Shown here one piece after another: positions 13,894-28,200 of a DNA stretch of 64,000 nt. The notes under the pieces were generated by a model. It was not told where the DNA came from and did not search any database. It saw nothing but the letters and a program-made list of their open reading frames with translations. The number at the start of each line of letters is the position of its first letter. Positions within the stretch are counted from its first letter, which is position 1. This DNA comes from Paraspadella gotoi (Eukaryota; Animalia; Chaetognatha): the NCBI GenBank assembly GCA_051294375.1, contig CM119265.1, forward strand, positions 20,866,221 through 20,930,220, written 5' to 3'. The translations under genes and the position numbers were made by a program.

Positions 13894-15099
13894 TCTCCTC
13901 ATTCTAATCTGCTTTTTTCCTCCGTCGAGACCCATTTTTCTCCTCGTTATTTTTTTTTTCTTCTTTTTGTTTTTCAACTCAAATTCAACGTCTCTGTTTT
14001 TTTTCTCGCTGTTTTGTGTTTTCGTTTAAAATTCTTTTTTTAAAAAGAAAACTTTTGCTGATATTTTGGTTTTTCTTACTGTGACGGAGGTTTATTTATG
14101 GCGTCAAGTTTTTTTTTCACGGGATTTTTGTGAAATCATCGCTGTTGCCGTTTTACCAAACCAACCAACCAATCAATTTCGTCTTTCTCAACGTTTTCAT
14201 CCTCATCTTTCGTCGTCATCGTCGTCGTTGTCGTCTTTTTACAATTCATCGTCGTCGTCATCTCTTTCGTCCCAAGTCCTTCTTACTTTACATTCGCTGA
14301 CGAACCTCCCATGCCAGCCTCCTTACATGACAGCAATCATTTCCTTTCATCCTTTTCTTTCCTTCACTCTTCCTTTTTTTTCTTTCATTCTTACCTTTTC
14401 CTCCCATCTTTTCCCTTTTCCTCTTCTTAAACTTTCTCTTTTCTCTCTTTCTTTCTTTTCTCTCTTCCTTTTTTTTTCTTTGTTTCTTCCTTTTTTCTTC
14501 CTCCCCTCTTCTCCCTTTTTCTCACTTAAACTTCTTCTATTAACTAATTCTTTCTTACTCGGTTCTTCCTTTCTTTTTTCCTACTTTCCTTCCTCTACTC
14601 TTCCTTTCTTTTTTACCTCTTTTTTTCTTTCAGTCCCAGTTTCTTTTCTCTCATATCTCCTATTTTTTCTTTCCCTTTCTCCCATCTTTTCTCCCTTTCA
14701 TTCCCAATTTCTTTAATTTTTCTTTTCTTTTCCTTTCTCCCACTTCTCTTTTTTCCCTTTTTTAACTCTCTTCTCTTCTTCCCTTCTTCCCTCGTTCACT
14801 TTTCAGTTTTCCCTCCTTTTATCGTGAGTCGTTATCTTTTTTTAACAAAATCATAAAGAAAAAAAATTCGTGTCTCTCAGAAATAAAAAAAAAAGATTGG
14901 GATTTTGTTGAAAAGAAAAAAGAAAAAAAGAAGCGAATGATTTCTGTGTCAGTAGATTTTTATGCTCCATTTCTCTCTTTCATTCCCTGCGCTTTACATA
15001 ATTTGTTTCTATTATTTTTTATATACATTTTTCTTCACATTTTTATGGGTTTTAAATCAATTTTTCACTTGCAATAGGATTCTATTCCTTCTCTTTTTA

Positions 15100-15148
<49 letters not shown>

Positions 15149-16399
15149 AAAAAGGAAAGAAAGAAAGAGAGAAAGCAAGAAACGGAGAAAGAAATGAAAT
15201 AAATTCTTGTTGCTTGGAAACGTCATGTCCGACGATTCTAATTTGTTGTTTTGTTTTGTTGTCGTCGTTGTTTTTGTTTATTGGCGAAGGATTGAAAAGG
15301 GTGAGTTGACGGGTGAGTCGTTGTGTCATAGTAATCGTGTGTAGACCTTCTTTGTCCTCTTCTCCGTCATCGTCGACGTCGACTGATTATTTTTCCCGGG
15401 TTGTCGTCGTCGTCGTCGTCGTCGTCGTCATCGTCATCTTCTTTTACGGGCGCCTTTTATCCTCCTCGTTATTCCGGCCAGTGTCCCGCTTAGTTAGACC
15501 CACGAAACGAAGAGCGTGACAAACTGACAAGAAGACTGACGAGGATAATGACAAGAAGAATGAGAAAACTGACAAGAAGAATAACAATAAGTCCGACAAA
15601 AAGACTGAGAAAATAGACGTATGGACGTTCATTTCACTGAACTTTTTCCTCTCTTTTCCATCCTTTTCCTTTTTTCTTTTCTTTTCCTTCAAAAAGGTCA
15701 AGTTTTTTTCCCCTTTTTTCCTTTTACTTCGCTGCTTTGGCCAACTTTTCAGGATTTTTTTCTTCTGCTTCCTTTCTCTCTTCCCCTAATTTACTTTGTC
15801 TCCCTTCCTTCTATTCTTTTTATATCCCTCCTCTTTTCTCTTTTCTCATCATTTTTTTTTTTTTGTGTCTTTCTTCCCACTTCCCACTTTTTCCTCTTTT
15901 ACCTCCTACTTCCGTTTTCCTCTTTTTCCTTCCTTCTTACATTTCCTCCGTTTCGATTTCCCATTTCATCTCCTTCCATCCCCCTCTCCCCCCTCTTCCT
16001 CATCCTTCCCCCCCTTTCTCCTCCCGCGTCCAACGCCTCGATCCCCCAGGGACGACGCGTCATCCCCGAGATGGCGTCTTCCGGTCATTGCGTCAAATGT
16101 TCCTTTGGCCGTCGTTTCCTCGCGCCGATACACTTCTGACACCATTGACCCAGAATCCTTTGAGACCCAGTCTGCATCGTCGACGAACGTTCGTCGTCCA
16201 ATGTCGATAGTCAACGTCGTTATCGTCGTCGTTGTCGGCCATCGTCGTTGTCGTCGTCGTTATATCTTGCAACGTAATTTTTCAGCGTCGTTAATTTGCT
16301 TCGCTTACGACTCGCGAGGAAAATCGTCGGGCATTAATAGTCATCGTCATCGGCTTTGTATTTTTTCTTCATTAGGAAAAAGAGAGTCTTGATTGAAAG

Positions 16400-16531
16400 C
16401 TTGCAGGGACCTGCTATGTCATTATCTTGTAAGAGTGATGGAGGCCTTAAACCACCAAAGCCTGTCCAAAGTCACGTGGCAAGATAGCTTATTTATTAAA
16501 TGAATGGATAATTTTTATATTGGTTGTACCA
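16400..16531 (+). repeat. Dispersed repeat family A (other copies 4817-4912, 11195-11291, inverted at 33136-33164 / 33523-33561)
   Basis: Shared TTGCAGGGAC.TGCTA..TCATTATCTTGTAAGAGTGATGGAGG...CAAGATAGCTTATTTATTAAATGAAT.GATAATTTTTATATTGGTTGTACCA, present in both orientations. Confidence 0.8.
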
Positions 16532-17377
16532 CTTTCATTGTCATCGTCTTCATTGTCAGCGTCTTCGTCATCGTTGTCTTCCCCGTCGCTATTCGTCGTC
16601 GCTATCGTCTTTCATCTTCGCCTTTCGATCTCCTTTCCCCAATTTCTTTCTTTCTTTTTTTTTCTTGCGCCAGAGAATCCTGATAGAATTTCGTCCTTTT
16701 TGCGAACTGAAATTAAAAATATACACAGAATAAAGCAAACTAATACATATCAATAAACTCCAGTAACAAAACGTCACGTACCGGAGACTATTTTGAGATT
16801 CGCAACAACGACGACGGTAGAATGTCCAAATGGGATTTCCAATCGATTTCTCGTTTGTTTACTTCGTCGTCAAGGCGACGCGTCGCGACCCAAAACTTTC
16901 CTTTTTTCGCCTCTAATTACTTTTGGTCGTCGAAGTCAAAGATTGAGTCGCCGAATGCGACTCTCTGGTTCGTAACCAGTGACCGACGTCTGACCCACCG
17001 CGCTCCCCGAGCCGTCTGTCCGACAGCCCACTGTCTACTTAACAGCCCCGCTGCCCCACTGCCTAATTCTCCCACTGCCCGAATGCCTGCTTCCCAGCTT
17101 CGTTACGTCGCCCTTCAAAGATGCCGAGCCGTGGAGATATTTATGAAAAGAAAGAGCATGAGCATCACCTACCCGGTCCTCCCCCACCTTTCTCCCGCTC
17201 TCTTCTCCACCCCCCCCCAGAATCTTGAGTTTCGTTCTGTTTTATTCGATGATGATTTTGACTTTTTTTTTTTTCATCCGGTCAGAGAAACGAGGCAGAT
17301 TTGAATGGAAAGTCATGACTGGATCGCATTCATGCGAGAGAAGATGTGAGAGTTTGTGAGACGTTCGATTCACATCG

Positions 17378-17813
<436 letters not shown>

Positions 17814-18380
17814 GCCCTTTTTATAATTTCTCTTTCACCTCTCATTTCTTCCTTTGAAGTTTCTGCTTTTTCTTTCCTTCTTTCAAGTTTTTTTTTCTTA
17901 CTATTTTGTTTGGTCTCCTTTCTTTCCTCCCTCTCGACTCATCCTTTCCTTTCCTCCATCCCTCCATCCCTCGTTCACTCTCTCTCTCTTTTTTCCCCTA
18001 AACGCCCCATTTCATCTTAAATTCGGAATTAGGTTAGTTTTTCGGTTATAAAATTAGGTTAGAGTCTAGTATAAATCTTAAGGATTACGGATTAGGTTAG
18101 TGATTTGCGTATGAATGGAAAGATAGAAAGATCTGGAGAGATGAATGAATGTCTTGATCGATGGATGAATGGAATCTAAATAAATAGATCGATTGGAATG
18201 GAAGATGATGGAATAAATGGCTGGAGAGAATCAGTGTTGGATATCGATTTGGCTGTAGAGATGAATGGATGGATGGATGGATGGATGGATGATTCTTCTT
18301 TCCACCGAGGTCGCAAATGTTTTCCCCCTTCGTCTCGTTGGCTTGAAAAGTCGTTTTGACTCTTTTGTTTGTTTCTTTTC

Positions 18381-18394
18381 GTCCCCATGGCAAC
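18381..18394. promoter_or_regulatory. RFX X-box (GTCCCCATGGCAAC)
   Basis: Exact match to the GTHNYYATRRNAAC consensus. Related sites at 15-27, 3848-3860, 15209-15221, 20504-20517 and 35678-35690. Confidence 0.5.
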
Positions 18395-18483
18395 CGGGTA
18401 ACGATTGTGGCGACGCCGTCGCTTCCGGTATTCTTTTTTTATTTCTTTCTTCAAAATCGTCCTACCGATTCCTAATTTCCTTT

Positions 18484-18583
<100 letters not shown>

Positions 18584-19202
18584 TTTTTTCCCTGGGAAAT
18601 CGTTGTCGTGATTTTCTCAGAGTCGGAGGGAAGAAAATTGATTCTCCTCGGGCCTCGAATGCTTCGTCGTCGTCGNNNNNNNNNNCGTCGTCGTTGTTTT
18701 CACATCCTTTTCTACGTCTTCCCGTAAAGGCGACTACGTATTTGTCAAAAGTCGTTACCGAAAAGAGAATTACGGTATTACGAAGTCGGCAGTGTGATTT
18801 CAAAAGTTTGTAACGAGTTTCGATAAAAATTGAGAAATGCAATTGCCAACGACGGAAGACAAGGTTTACATTTTAAATGTTCCGCTTTCCGACAACTTCA
18901 ACCTGCCTATGAAATTGTCTTTTTCAACGAGTCACTGAAAGAGTTTATTGGCGGGGTGAACCTGTCGCAATGCCCGGCTACAATTATGAAATACGTATAT
19001 TTGTCGTCCAGTTTGTGCGCAAAGTTAAGAATAAAATTACATGTTAAAACTAATAAATAAAAATTCATTTTTTTCTTCGTGATCGTCATCGTCACGCAAA
19101 TTCATCTTTGTCGTGGAACTGACCTTCGTTGAGTTCGCCCTGGTCTGATTGAGGTGGCTGTCATTGCTGTTGTTTCCGCGAGCTTAATCGTCGTATTTAT
19201 CG

Positions 19203-19239
<37 letters not shown>

Positions 19240-20199
19240 GTTTGTTTTTCGTGTTGATCAGGCGCAGAGAATCGGAGATTTTGACTCGCCTGGTTTCCTC
19301 TTTTTTTTTTGTTTTTTTCTCTTTCAATGTTTGTTTTTGTTTTTTCTTGTTGGCGTTCCGACTTAAATCAGCGGCACTTGTCACATCTTTGCGTCTCTCT
19401 TCTTTTGTCTCCTTCTTTAAATCCTTGACTTTCTGGTTCTTCTCACTCTCTCTCAATCACTCTCTGCTCTTTTTTTCCCCTTCCCTCTCTTTCTCCGCCT
19501 CTCTCTCTCTCTCTGTCTCACCCTGCCTTTCAATTAAGTTATCTTCCCTCCTTTCCTTCACTCGGCATTGACCCACGTGACATCAAAGTCGTCACAACCG
19601 CAACAAAAAAAAATATTTCCTTTTTTCTTGGGATTCCACGCACGAGAAATTTTTTTAGTTCTTCCTCTCACCTTTGGAAACTCGGTTCCATAATTCTTCG
19701 TCGCCGTTATCGTCTTGGCATTTCCACGTCGTTCTGGTCGTCGTTGTCGTCGTCGTCGTCGTCGTCGTTCAGATTTCCTTGGAAACTCGGACGGGCAATA
19801 CCCATGTCGCAGAGTATATGAATCGTAAATTTAGATTTTATTTCGTTGGTGCAAAAATAATCGAAAAATATGGCTTCTCCGCGTTTTCTCAAGGCTCTCG
19901 AGAATTATTCTCGCTGAAAGTTGGTTTATTATCGGCTGAATGTTGTAATTTTTGTATTTATATGGATGTAAATATTATTTAACGTATATCGGGAGCTAAA
20001 GACGCGTAATAAATCGGCGCATTTACTTTTTAATTGCTAATCTATCGAATACTTTTTTTCTTTAATTTCACTTTAGTTCAGTCCTTACTTTATTCTAATG
20101 TGAAAAAAGAATATCCGTGGGTGCAATAGACCAGAGGTCGTAAAACCGGGAATTTTGGTGTAAAATCGTCCGAGGAAAATTGGGAAATCCGTGTGTGTG

Positions 20200-20286
<87 letters not shown>

Positions 20287-20305
20287 AAAAGAAGGAAGAA
20301 AGAAA

Positions 20306-20339
<34 letters not shown>

Positions 20340-20867
20340 AGAAGAAAGAAGAAAGAAAGAAAGAAAAGAAGAAAGAAAGAAGAAAAAAAAATAAACAAAA
20401 AAGAAAGTTCCATCCTAAGAATGTGTCATGACTTTTTTTTTGGTTATAAAAACTTGGGCAAGTCTTTAGCGACGTCGAGTCTGACGTAAACGACGTGGGT
20501 TTCGTTGCCAAGGCGACGAAACTGCGTCTCCCGCGGTTATTCGTCCAAGTTTATTCCTCAGCGGAGAAGGTGAGGCAGCTGGTTCCGGTTCCGGTGCCGG
20601 AGGGACATTTTCATGGGGAATATTATTCACTTTATTTCTCTTTCCTTCCAATTCCTTTTTTTCTTCCTCCAATTTTCGCTCCAGGGGAACAAAACCGTTT
20701 TCTCTTTTTTTTTTTCTCTCTCCCCCCCCCAAGTTATCCCCAACTCTGGCCCCCACCCTAGTTCGTCCCGTTGCCATCCTCAAATACGAACTATTTATAT
20801 CTTCTCTTTCAACTAAGATCCCATTTTCGCTATCGATCGTCGCTTATTCGCTCTTTTTTTTCCGCCC

Positions 20868-21203
20868 ATTTTTAGTTGCGCCGCGAGCACTCGCGGAGAA
20901 ACTCTCTAAGTCTCTTTTCGGTCGGTCTGTTGGTCGGTCTGTCTGTCCCACTTACGTTAAAAACGCTTATAATTCGCCTATAAGTGGTTTCTCANNNNNN
21001 NNNNGACGGCAAAAAACCTCATCTACGTAAGTGACTAGCGCCGCCTTCAGGAAATCCTAAAACTAAACGATGCATGGCGAAACTGCTGTCACGTGATCAC
21101 TAAGTAATTGCGGGTAAAATAAATGTGATTACATTTACAGGGAAATACACGCGTAAGGAAAGTCCCTGTGGCACAACACATTGGATGGACCGATCTCGGT
21201 TCC
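20868..21203 (+). mobile_element. Second, diverged HINE-like copy (duplicate ~26047-26380)
   Basis: TTTTTAGTTGCGCCGCGAGCACTCGCGGAG..ACTCT.TAAGTC, then (GTCG/GTCT)n, GTCCCACTTACGTTAAAAA, and ...CAACACATTGG..GACCGATCTCGGTT. Collinear with 6596-6941. Confidence 0.55.
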
Positions 21204-21299
21204 TTCCGTATTTTCGATCTGTAACTTATTCTTTCTCCTCTTTTCCTTTCGAATTTTATCCCTCTCTATCTCTCTCTTAACTCCCTCTCTATTTTCCTT

Positions 21300-21556
21300 A
21301 CTCTTTCCTTTCCTCCCTCTCTTAACTACCTCTCTTATCTCCTATCTCTCTTTTCCTCCCTTTCTTGTCCTTTTCTTCCTCTTTTCTCCCTCTTTCCTCC
21401 CTCTCTTAACTACCTCTCTTATCTCCTACCTCTCTTTTCCTCCCTTTCTTGTCCTTTTCTTCCTCTTTTCTCCCTCTTTCCTCCCTCTCTTAACTACCTC
21501 TCTTATCTCCTACCTCTCTTTTCCTCCCTTTCTTGTCCTTTTCTCCCTCTTTCCTT
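21300..21556. repeat. 81-bp pyrimidine-rich tandem repeat, ~3 copies
   Basis: TTCCTCCCTCTCTTAACTACCTCTCTTATCTCCTA.CTCTCTTTTCCTCCCTTTCTTGTCCTTTTC... recurs every 81 nt. Confidence 0.9.
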
Positions 21557-22025
21557 TCGATCGCCCAAAACCCCTTTTTTTTTCTTCCTCTGGGTTTTTT
21601 CTGCTTCGGAATCAAAAAATCGTCGTCACGACGAATTCTGGTTTTTATTGAACTTTAGTTCGCGGGTGAAGGTTGGCCGGTCTGGTCATGTCTTTATTCG
21701 GGAAAATGGAAAATGATTGCGAAGGTGATTCTCAAAATTAGAAGAACATTGGTCTTTGTAGTTGTTGCTAAATCACATTGTATGCATTTTGAAAGAGCTG
21801 AAAGACTCTAACTCACAAATAATTGATAATAATTTAAAATTTAAAATAGTATTATCGAGTGTAGGTGTTGGTCATGAAAGAAAAGGGATAAGTGTCATTT
21901 GACGCCAGCTGAGACAATCTCTTCAACGAGTTAAAAGTTTCGATTGAAATTCAAAGTCCGAACCCCGAAGGGACGACGAAGTAACGCGGGAAATGGAATT
22001 TGAAGTCGACGATGAAACTTAAAGG

Positions 22026-22192
22026 CAAAGGCGATGCCATATAGAAGGCACGAGGATGGGGCGAATAGCGAAAGGCGAAGGCGAAGGCGATGTCATCTAG
22101 AAGGCACGAGGATGGGGCGAATAGCGAAAGGCGAAGGCGAAGGCGAAGGCGATGCCATCTAGAAGGCACGAGAATAGGGAGAATAGCGAAAG
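22026..22192. repeat. ~55-bp minisatellite (GCGATGCCATCTAGAAGGCACGAGGATGGGGCGAATAGCGAAAGGCGAAG...)
   Basis: Three units here and about six units in the duplicate copy at ~27215-27547. Confidence 0.85.
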
Positions 22193-23724
22193 TAGGAGAA
22201 AAGGAGAATCATGCGGTCGACGTCGCTGAGTTGCGGATCAGCGAAGCGTCAATGGCCACTCGAGGAAACTACTTTGCTCCTTTGGCGTCGCTTCGCTTCG
22301 ACTTGGTCGTTGGCGCCACGCCATTTCGCGGTCCACTCACCGGAGCCAATCTCGACCGCGCGACGTTGACGACGACGATTACGACGACGACGACAACGAT
22401 GTCAGTCAACCTGGCTTTTGTTCGCGCCTTTTTTTCTTCGTCGTCGTTCGGCGTCGTCGTCTTCTTCGTCGTCATCATCGTCGTCATTGTCGTCGGCGGG
22501 TTCTCGTGAATTTTGAGAGGCATGTCTCGGGTCTTTGTCAAGGCCCAGACGCAGTTTAGTCGTTGTCGTTGTCTTCTAATTATTTTTTTTTTCACTAAGC
22601 TCATTTTTGTCGTCGTCGCCATTATTTTTTTTTCTGCAGCGCCTATTTTTTCTATTCCTGTCTCTACTCGTCTGTTATATTGTCACTCATGCTTTTTTCG
22701 GCTTTTTTAGCACTAAATTTTTTCTAAATTTTAGGTTATTTCCTAATTATCTTATCAAATTTAATCAAAAACTCCTAGTTTTAAGCAGACCACTTAACTA
22801 AAAAAAAAATTCTGAAAAAAAAAAATGAATCGCAATTCACAAAAGCAAACTGAAGGAAATTGCAAGCGTGACCAAACGAAAGGGAATCTTTAAAAAAAAT
22901 ATTCATTCAAGAATTTTTTAAAACTTCGCTGTGAAAAAAGTCGGGCATCTGGTGGAAGATTATGAAGGACCAGACTTGTAATTATCGCGCCTCAACCTAA
23001 TGAATCTGCCCTCTGGTGCCAAAGGTGATTCTTAGGCCGGAGTTAAGTCTCAAGCACGAAGTTAAAAACGATTATGAAAAAGAATCCCAAACGATTACAA
23101 CGGGAAAAGGTAGAGGATTCGGCCCGAATAAACCAGCAGAAATGTTAAATCCCGAGGGAGTCCAAAGTCGCTTAGACGATCCAATGGTCCATGTGGCAAT
23201 GGAAAAAAAGGACAAATGGTAATGCTAATGAGAATTCAGGACTCAGGAGTGACTATGAAAGTCACTGTCGAAAGTTCTGTCGTAAATTTTTTTTTTCTCC
23301 GGGAGTAAAGAAAGAACCTTGAATTTCCCTTTGCTCTTTCTTACTCTTACATTTTCTTGAGTTATTCGGTGACAATATTTTGACGGTTGTGATTGAGTAA
23401 AGTTCAAAAAATAAAATGACGTTTGCAAATGTGGTTCGCTAAAGAGAGTAAGTTTTATTTAACAATGAGAGATTTGAGCGGCAAAGGATTTTGCGAGTTA
23501 ATCCGAGACTGGAAACCTCACAGGTTTAACTTTTTCTCGGTCGTCACGATGGAACAACTTTTTTGACACCTGACGATTCGAGACGAAGACCGAAACCTGG
23601 CGAGTGGAGATGCAAGGGAAAAAGAGTTGACAGGTGGCGAAGGACGAAGTTTGAAAGCCCAGGTGTTCACGCCGTAAAGGCTCGCCTTATTTATGCGCCA
23701 TCTTAAGATTACTTTTCTCGCCTC

Positions 23725-23764
<40 letters not shown>

Positions 23765-24880
23765 TCTCTCATCGATCCTCTCTCTCTCTCTCATTTGTAG
23801 AATTCTTAAAGCGGAAAAATAATTCACTTTCCTTTCCGATTCAGAAAATTCTGAACAAAAAATTTAGAAAATAATCATTTTTATTTATTTTCCCCGAAAT
23901 ATTTTAGAAACGAGGGATTTTCAGAAGGAATAGTAGGACCAAATGGTCGTATTTTTTACAAAATATAAAAGTTAAACTTAATCGTATTGTACACAAAGGG
24001 CCGGAGGAGAACAGAGAATGCGGGTAGAACTGGTAGGACCTTGGATCTACAACGCTGGACACAGAACAGATAATACGATCTAGGCTAATTGCTGAGTAAG
24101 TAGGGCGACATTCCATTGAATTTGGTGTCTCGTCCACGGTGACCGGAAGTCGCGATCGAGAATGAGATTCTCCTTCTTGGGGGGGGCGGAGATGGGGAGA
24201 CAGTGGGTGACAGGGGGGTGGGTCTTCTCATTTCTCCTTCCTTTTCGCTTCTCGTTTGCCTCGTCTTTCGAGAGACAAAGTCTCTGCATCTAAATCGGTT
24301 TTCGAGGCGCCGAATCCGACGGGGAATAGGGGGGCGTTGGAATCGGCCATTCCACTTACCGGGTGCCAGTTGACGCTGACGCCGTCGAAGAATGTAGGGC
24401 GACGAGCCATCAGCAATAAGAGTGGCTTGCGGGCAATCGGCACTGAGGACGTTAAGGCCATCAGGACTTATAAATATGTCTGAGTTCCATCGGTGTTAGG
24501 CACTCAGCCTACAGTTTTGATGGCATCCTGCTACCGGCGCCGAAGGTCTTCTGCCATCGTCCTGCCATCATAACATGGGTCATCTCGCCGTAATCACTAA
24601 AAACGTTCTGCAATCAACAATTTGGTCGTTTGGTCTTCAGCGTTTAAAACGATATACCATCAGCAATTTAACGCCTCGTGCCACGAGTGGTTAAAAGGCG
24701 TTCGTGCCATCAGCAATAAGCAACGCGACTTGACGCCAATCGTGACCCGAGATCGCGTTGCAATTGGAGGAAGCGTTGATGTTCGATTTGAGTAGAAGTC
24801 GAGGGCGGAAGTCAAGAGTCAACACTTTGTATAAATTGAAACTACAACGGGGAACGAAGAGAGAGACAGAGAGAAGAGAA

Positions 24881-24950
<70 letters not shown>

Positions 24951-25184
24951 AGAGAGAAAGAAAAACATTCTCGGCTTCACGCCTCCACTCCTTTAGATTT
25001 TTACTGCTTCCCTTTGGTATACTAAAGAGATATCCTCAACCTCAGACTCTGTACCCCCAATCTGCTCTCCATAACCCCCCCCACCCCTGCTCACCTCCCC
25101 CCCAAACAGGACCCGTTACCGCGTCGGTTAATCGTCTCAGTTCCGCCGCCTTTTTCTCCACGACTTTCGCCAGTAATTGTATCT

Positions 25185-25216
<32 letters not shown>

Positions 25217-28200
25217 CCACTTTTCGTATTCCGCTTTGTCTTCTTTCTCATGCAGATTTAGGACGAAAAGTCCGCGTCACTTTTTCATCCTCCATGATGT
25301 CGTCGTTCGTCGTCGTCGTCGTCGTCGTCCTCACTCACCAACGGGAGTGTGAAAGATCCTAGTCTCTTGAGAAATGGTGATGAAATCCCTCGTGATACCT
25401 GGATACGTGAGTGCTAACGTTTTCAGTAAAAATTGAGTGTTTTTTTCCTTGGGTCAGTTGTCCCTGTTTAAAGTGGTCCATAGTCACCAGTAGGCTTCGT
25501 TAGTTACTCCATTCTGTGGTTCTCTTATAAAGGATTCTCCACATCCTTTTAATGGTGCTTTTAAATTTACTATTTATATTTAGTTTGAGCAGTCGATTTT
25601 GATCGCAACAGATCAAATTGGAAACTAAAATCTATCGATAAACGGCGTTAAACCTTAGAATTTGAAAGAAAGAAATATCTTTGCGAATTTAACGTTGATT
25701 CTCGTTTAATGATAGAACGTGATTGAAAACCACGTTAGAGGAAATCGCATTACGAAAAAAAACACGTGAACGGAAATCACGTGACCGGAAATCACGAGAC
25801 TGAACGAAGCGTGACCGGAAACAAAGAGGGAAGAAATTACATGAGCGGAATTTCCGTTTAGGTTTGAATGTCTTCTTACGGAAGTCTTAACAGTAATCAC
25901 TATAGATTAGAAAAGGTTCTTTTAGAAAGTAACGGAAAGTTGAGGATAGTTGCACGTGTTAAAAAACTAGAGAGAGAGAGAGAGAGAGAGAGANNNNNNN
26001 NNNNNNNNNNNNNNNNNNGTCGCTTATTCGCTCTTTTTTTTCGCCTATTTTTAGTTGCGCCGCGAGCACTCCGGAGAACTCTCCTAAGTCTCTTTTCGGT
26101 CGTCTGTTGGTCGGTCTTGTCCTGTCCGCACTTACGTTAAAACGCTTATAATTCGCCTATAGAGTTGTTTCTCATTTGTTAAGACGGCAAAAAACCTCAT
26201 CTCGTAAGTGACTAGCGCCGCCTCAGAAATCTAAAATAAACGATGCACTGGCGAAACTGCTGTCCACGTGATCACAAGTAATTGCGGGTAAAAATAAATG
26301 TGATTACATTTAACAGGGAAATACAGCGCGTAAGGAAAGTCCCTGTGGCACAACAACATTGGTGACCGATCTCGGTTCCTTCCGTATTTTCGATCTGTAA
26401 CTTAATTCTTTCTCCCTCTTTTCCTTTCGAATTTTATCCCTCTCAATCTCTCTCTTAACTCCCTTCTCTATTTTCTTACTCTTTCCTTTTCTTCCCTCTC
26501 TCTAACTACCTCTCTTATCTCCTACCTCTCTTTTTCTCCCTTCTTGTCTTTCATTCCTCTTTTCTCCCTCTTTCCTCCCTCTCTAACTACCTCTCTTATC
26601 TCCTACCTCTCTTTTCCTCCCTTTCTTTGTCCTTTTCTTCCCTTTTTCCCTCTTTCCCTCCCTCTCTTAACTACCTCTCTTATCTTCCTACCTCTCTTTT
26701 CCTCCCTTTCTTGTCCTTTTCTCCCCTCTTTCCTTTCCGATCGCCCAAAACCCCTTTTTTTTTCTTCCTCTGGGTTTTTTTCTGCTCGGAATCAAAAAAT
26801 CGTCGTCACGACGAATTCTGGTTTTTAATTGAACTTTAGTTCGGCGGTGGAAGGTTGGCCGGTCTGGTCATGTCTTTATTCGGGAAAATGGAAATGATGC
26901 GAAGGTGATTCTCAAAATTAGAAGGAACATTGGTCTTTGTAGTTGTTGCTAAATCACATTGTATGCATTTTGAAAAAGCTGAAAGACTCTAACTCAACAA
27001 AATACATGATAATAATTTAAAATTTAAAATAGTAATTATCGAGTGTAGGTGTTGGCATGAAAGAAAAGGGATAAGTGTCAACTTGACGCCAGCTGAGGAC
27101 CAATCTCTTCAACGAGTTAAAAGTTTCGATTGAAAATTCAAAGTCCGAACCCCGAAGGGATCGACGAAGTAACGCGGGAAATGGAATTTGAATCGACGAT
27201 GAAACTTAAAGGCAAAGGCGGATGCCAATATAGAGGCACGAGGAGTGGTGCGGTAATAGCGAAAGCGCGAAGGCGAATCGCGATGTCATCTAGAAGCGCC
27301 GAGATTGCGGGCGATATAGCGAAAGCGAAGGCGAAGGCCGATGTCATCTAGAAGGCACGAGGATGGGGCAATAGCGAAAGGGCGAAGGCGAAAGGCGATG
27401 CCATCTAAAGGCACGAGGATGGGGCAATAGCGAATAGCGAAGGCGAGCGATGCCATCTAGAAGAGCACGAGGATGGGGCGAATAGCGAATAGCGAAGGCG
27501 AAGGCGAATGCCATCTAGAAGGCACGGAAAGGGGAGAATAGCGAAAGTTAGAGAAAAAGGAGAAATCATGCGGGTCGACGTCCGCTGAGTTGCGGATCAG
27601 CGAAGCGCTCAATGGCCACTCGAGGAAACTACTTTGCTCCTTTGGCGTCGCTTCGCCTTTGACTTGGTCGTTGGCGCCACGCCATTTCGCGGTCACCACT
27701 CACCGAAGCCATCCGACCGCGGCGACGTTGACGACGACGATTACGACGACGACGAAACGATGTAAGTCAACCTGGCTTTTTTCGCGCCTTTTTTTCTTTG
27801 TCGTCTGTTCGGCGTCCGTCGTCTTTCTTCCGTCGTCATCATCGTCGTCATCGTCGTGGGCCGGTTCTCTCGTGAATTTTGAGAGGCAATGTCTCGGGTC
27901 TTTTGTCAAGGCCCAGACGCAGTTTAGTCGTTGTCGTTGTCTTCTAATTATTTTTTTTTTTCACTAAGCTCATTTTTGTCGTCGTCGCCCATTATTTTTT
28001 TTTCTGCAGCGCCTATTTTTTTCTATTCCTGTCTCTTACTCGTCTGTTATATTGTCACTCATGCTTTTTTCCTTTTTAGCACTAAATTTTTTCTAAATTT
28101 TAGGTTATTTCCCTAATTATCTTATCAAATTTAAATCAAAAACTCTAGTTTATAAGCAGAAACCACTTAAACTAAAAAAAATTCATGAAAAAAAAAAAAA

